Shown: positions 63,753-64,000 of the stretch, piece by piece | How the letters are laid out: each line of letters opens with the position of its first letter | Position numbering within the stretch: position 1 is the first letter of the stretch | Source of the DNA: Octopus sinensis | Lineage: Eukaryota | Direction of reading: 5' to 3' | Length of the DNA stretch: 64,000 nucleotides | Assembly: GCF_006345805.1 (NCBI RefSeq) | Contig: NC_042998.1 | Coordinates: 201,190,001 to 201,254,000 of the forward strand | Notes under the pieces: model-generated | What the model saw: only the letters and a program-made list of their open reading frames with translations | Told to the model about the DNA's origin: nothing | Databases searched by the model: none | Translations under genes and position numbers: made by a program

Positions 63753-64000
63753 ATGTCAGCTACCTACGCATCGAAACTGAGATCTGCAAGTAGGGCTTCT
63801 CATCAAGATGATGGTCCTACCAATAGTCAGCTCAACGAGCAGTTGCTGTTGCTCAAACAAGAGGTTGAGCACCTAAAGTCTGTTGTTGCTCTCTTACTGA
63901 ATAAACAGTCTCCTGTTGACGCAGAGTCACCCTTGATTTCTTCCCTGGAGACGTCCAAACCGAAGGGAACAAAATCGAAGCGGCCAAAGAAGGCGAAGGA
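63753..64000 (+). CDS. Open reading frame running off the window end; probably retroelement ORF1-like, or an unknown exon
   Basis: ATG at 63753 and 82 codons with no stop: MSATYASKLRSASRASHQDDGPTNSQLNEQLLLLKQEVEHLKSVVALLLNKQSPVDAESPLISSLETSKPKGTKSKRPKKAK. Coiled-coil-like heptads, basic patch, and a GC step-up from about 63520. Confidence 0.5.
   Translation, partial: MSATYASKLRSASRASHQDDGPTNSQLNEQLLLLKQEVEHLKSVVALLLNKQSPVDAESPLISSLETSKPKGTKSKRPKKAK

Overview
AT-rich, microsatellite-dense eukaryotic genomic DNA. The SINE families look cephalopod (Octopus-like); this is an inference from remembered repeat families, not a database search. No host protein-coding gene, rRNA, intact tRNA or CRISPR array could be supported, and most ORF-track entries are translations of microsatellites. 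The window is a transposon graveyard with four main components: (i) many decayed RLE-type non-LTR retrotransposons (R4/Dong-like, sitting against trinucleotide microsatellites, plus one HERO-like copy with a 33-bp target-site duplication); (ii) two CR1/L2-group LINE fragments, a mariner remnant and a Penelope GIY-YIG remnant; (iii) at least five tRNA-derived SINE families, including a head-to-tail trimer; (iv) a set of (TA)n-associated foldback elements. The main finding is a collection of type-I minimal hammerhead-ribozyme (HHR) folds with palindromic stem III, the architecture known from Penelope-like elements. Two foldbacks carry divergently oriented HHR pairs (2098-2255, 41222-41743), one tRNA-SINE ends in an HHR (19421-19466), and two motifs show compensatory swaps of the core 3-8 base pair (28688-28738, 42704-42744). 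All alignments and folds were done by eye.
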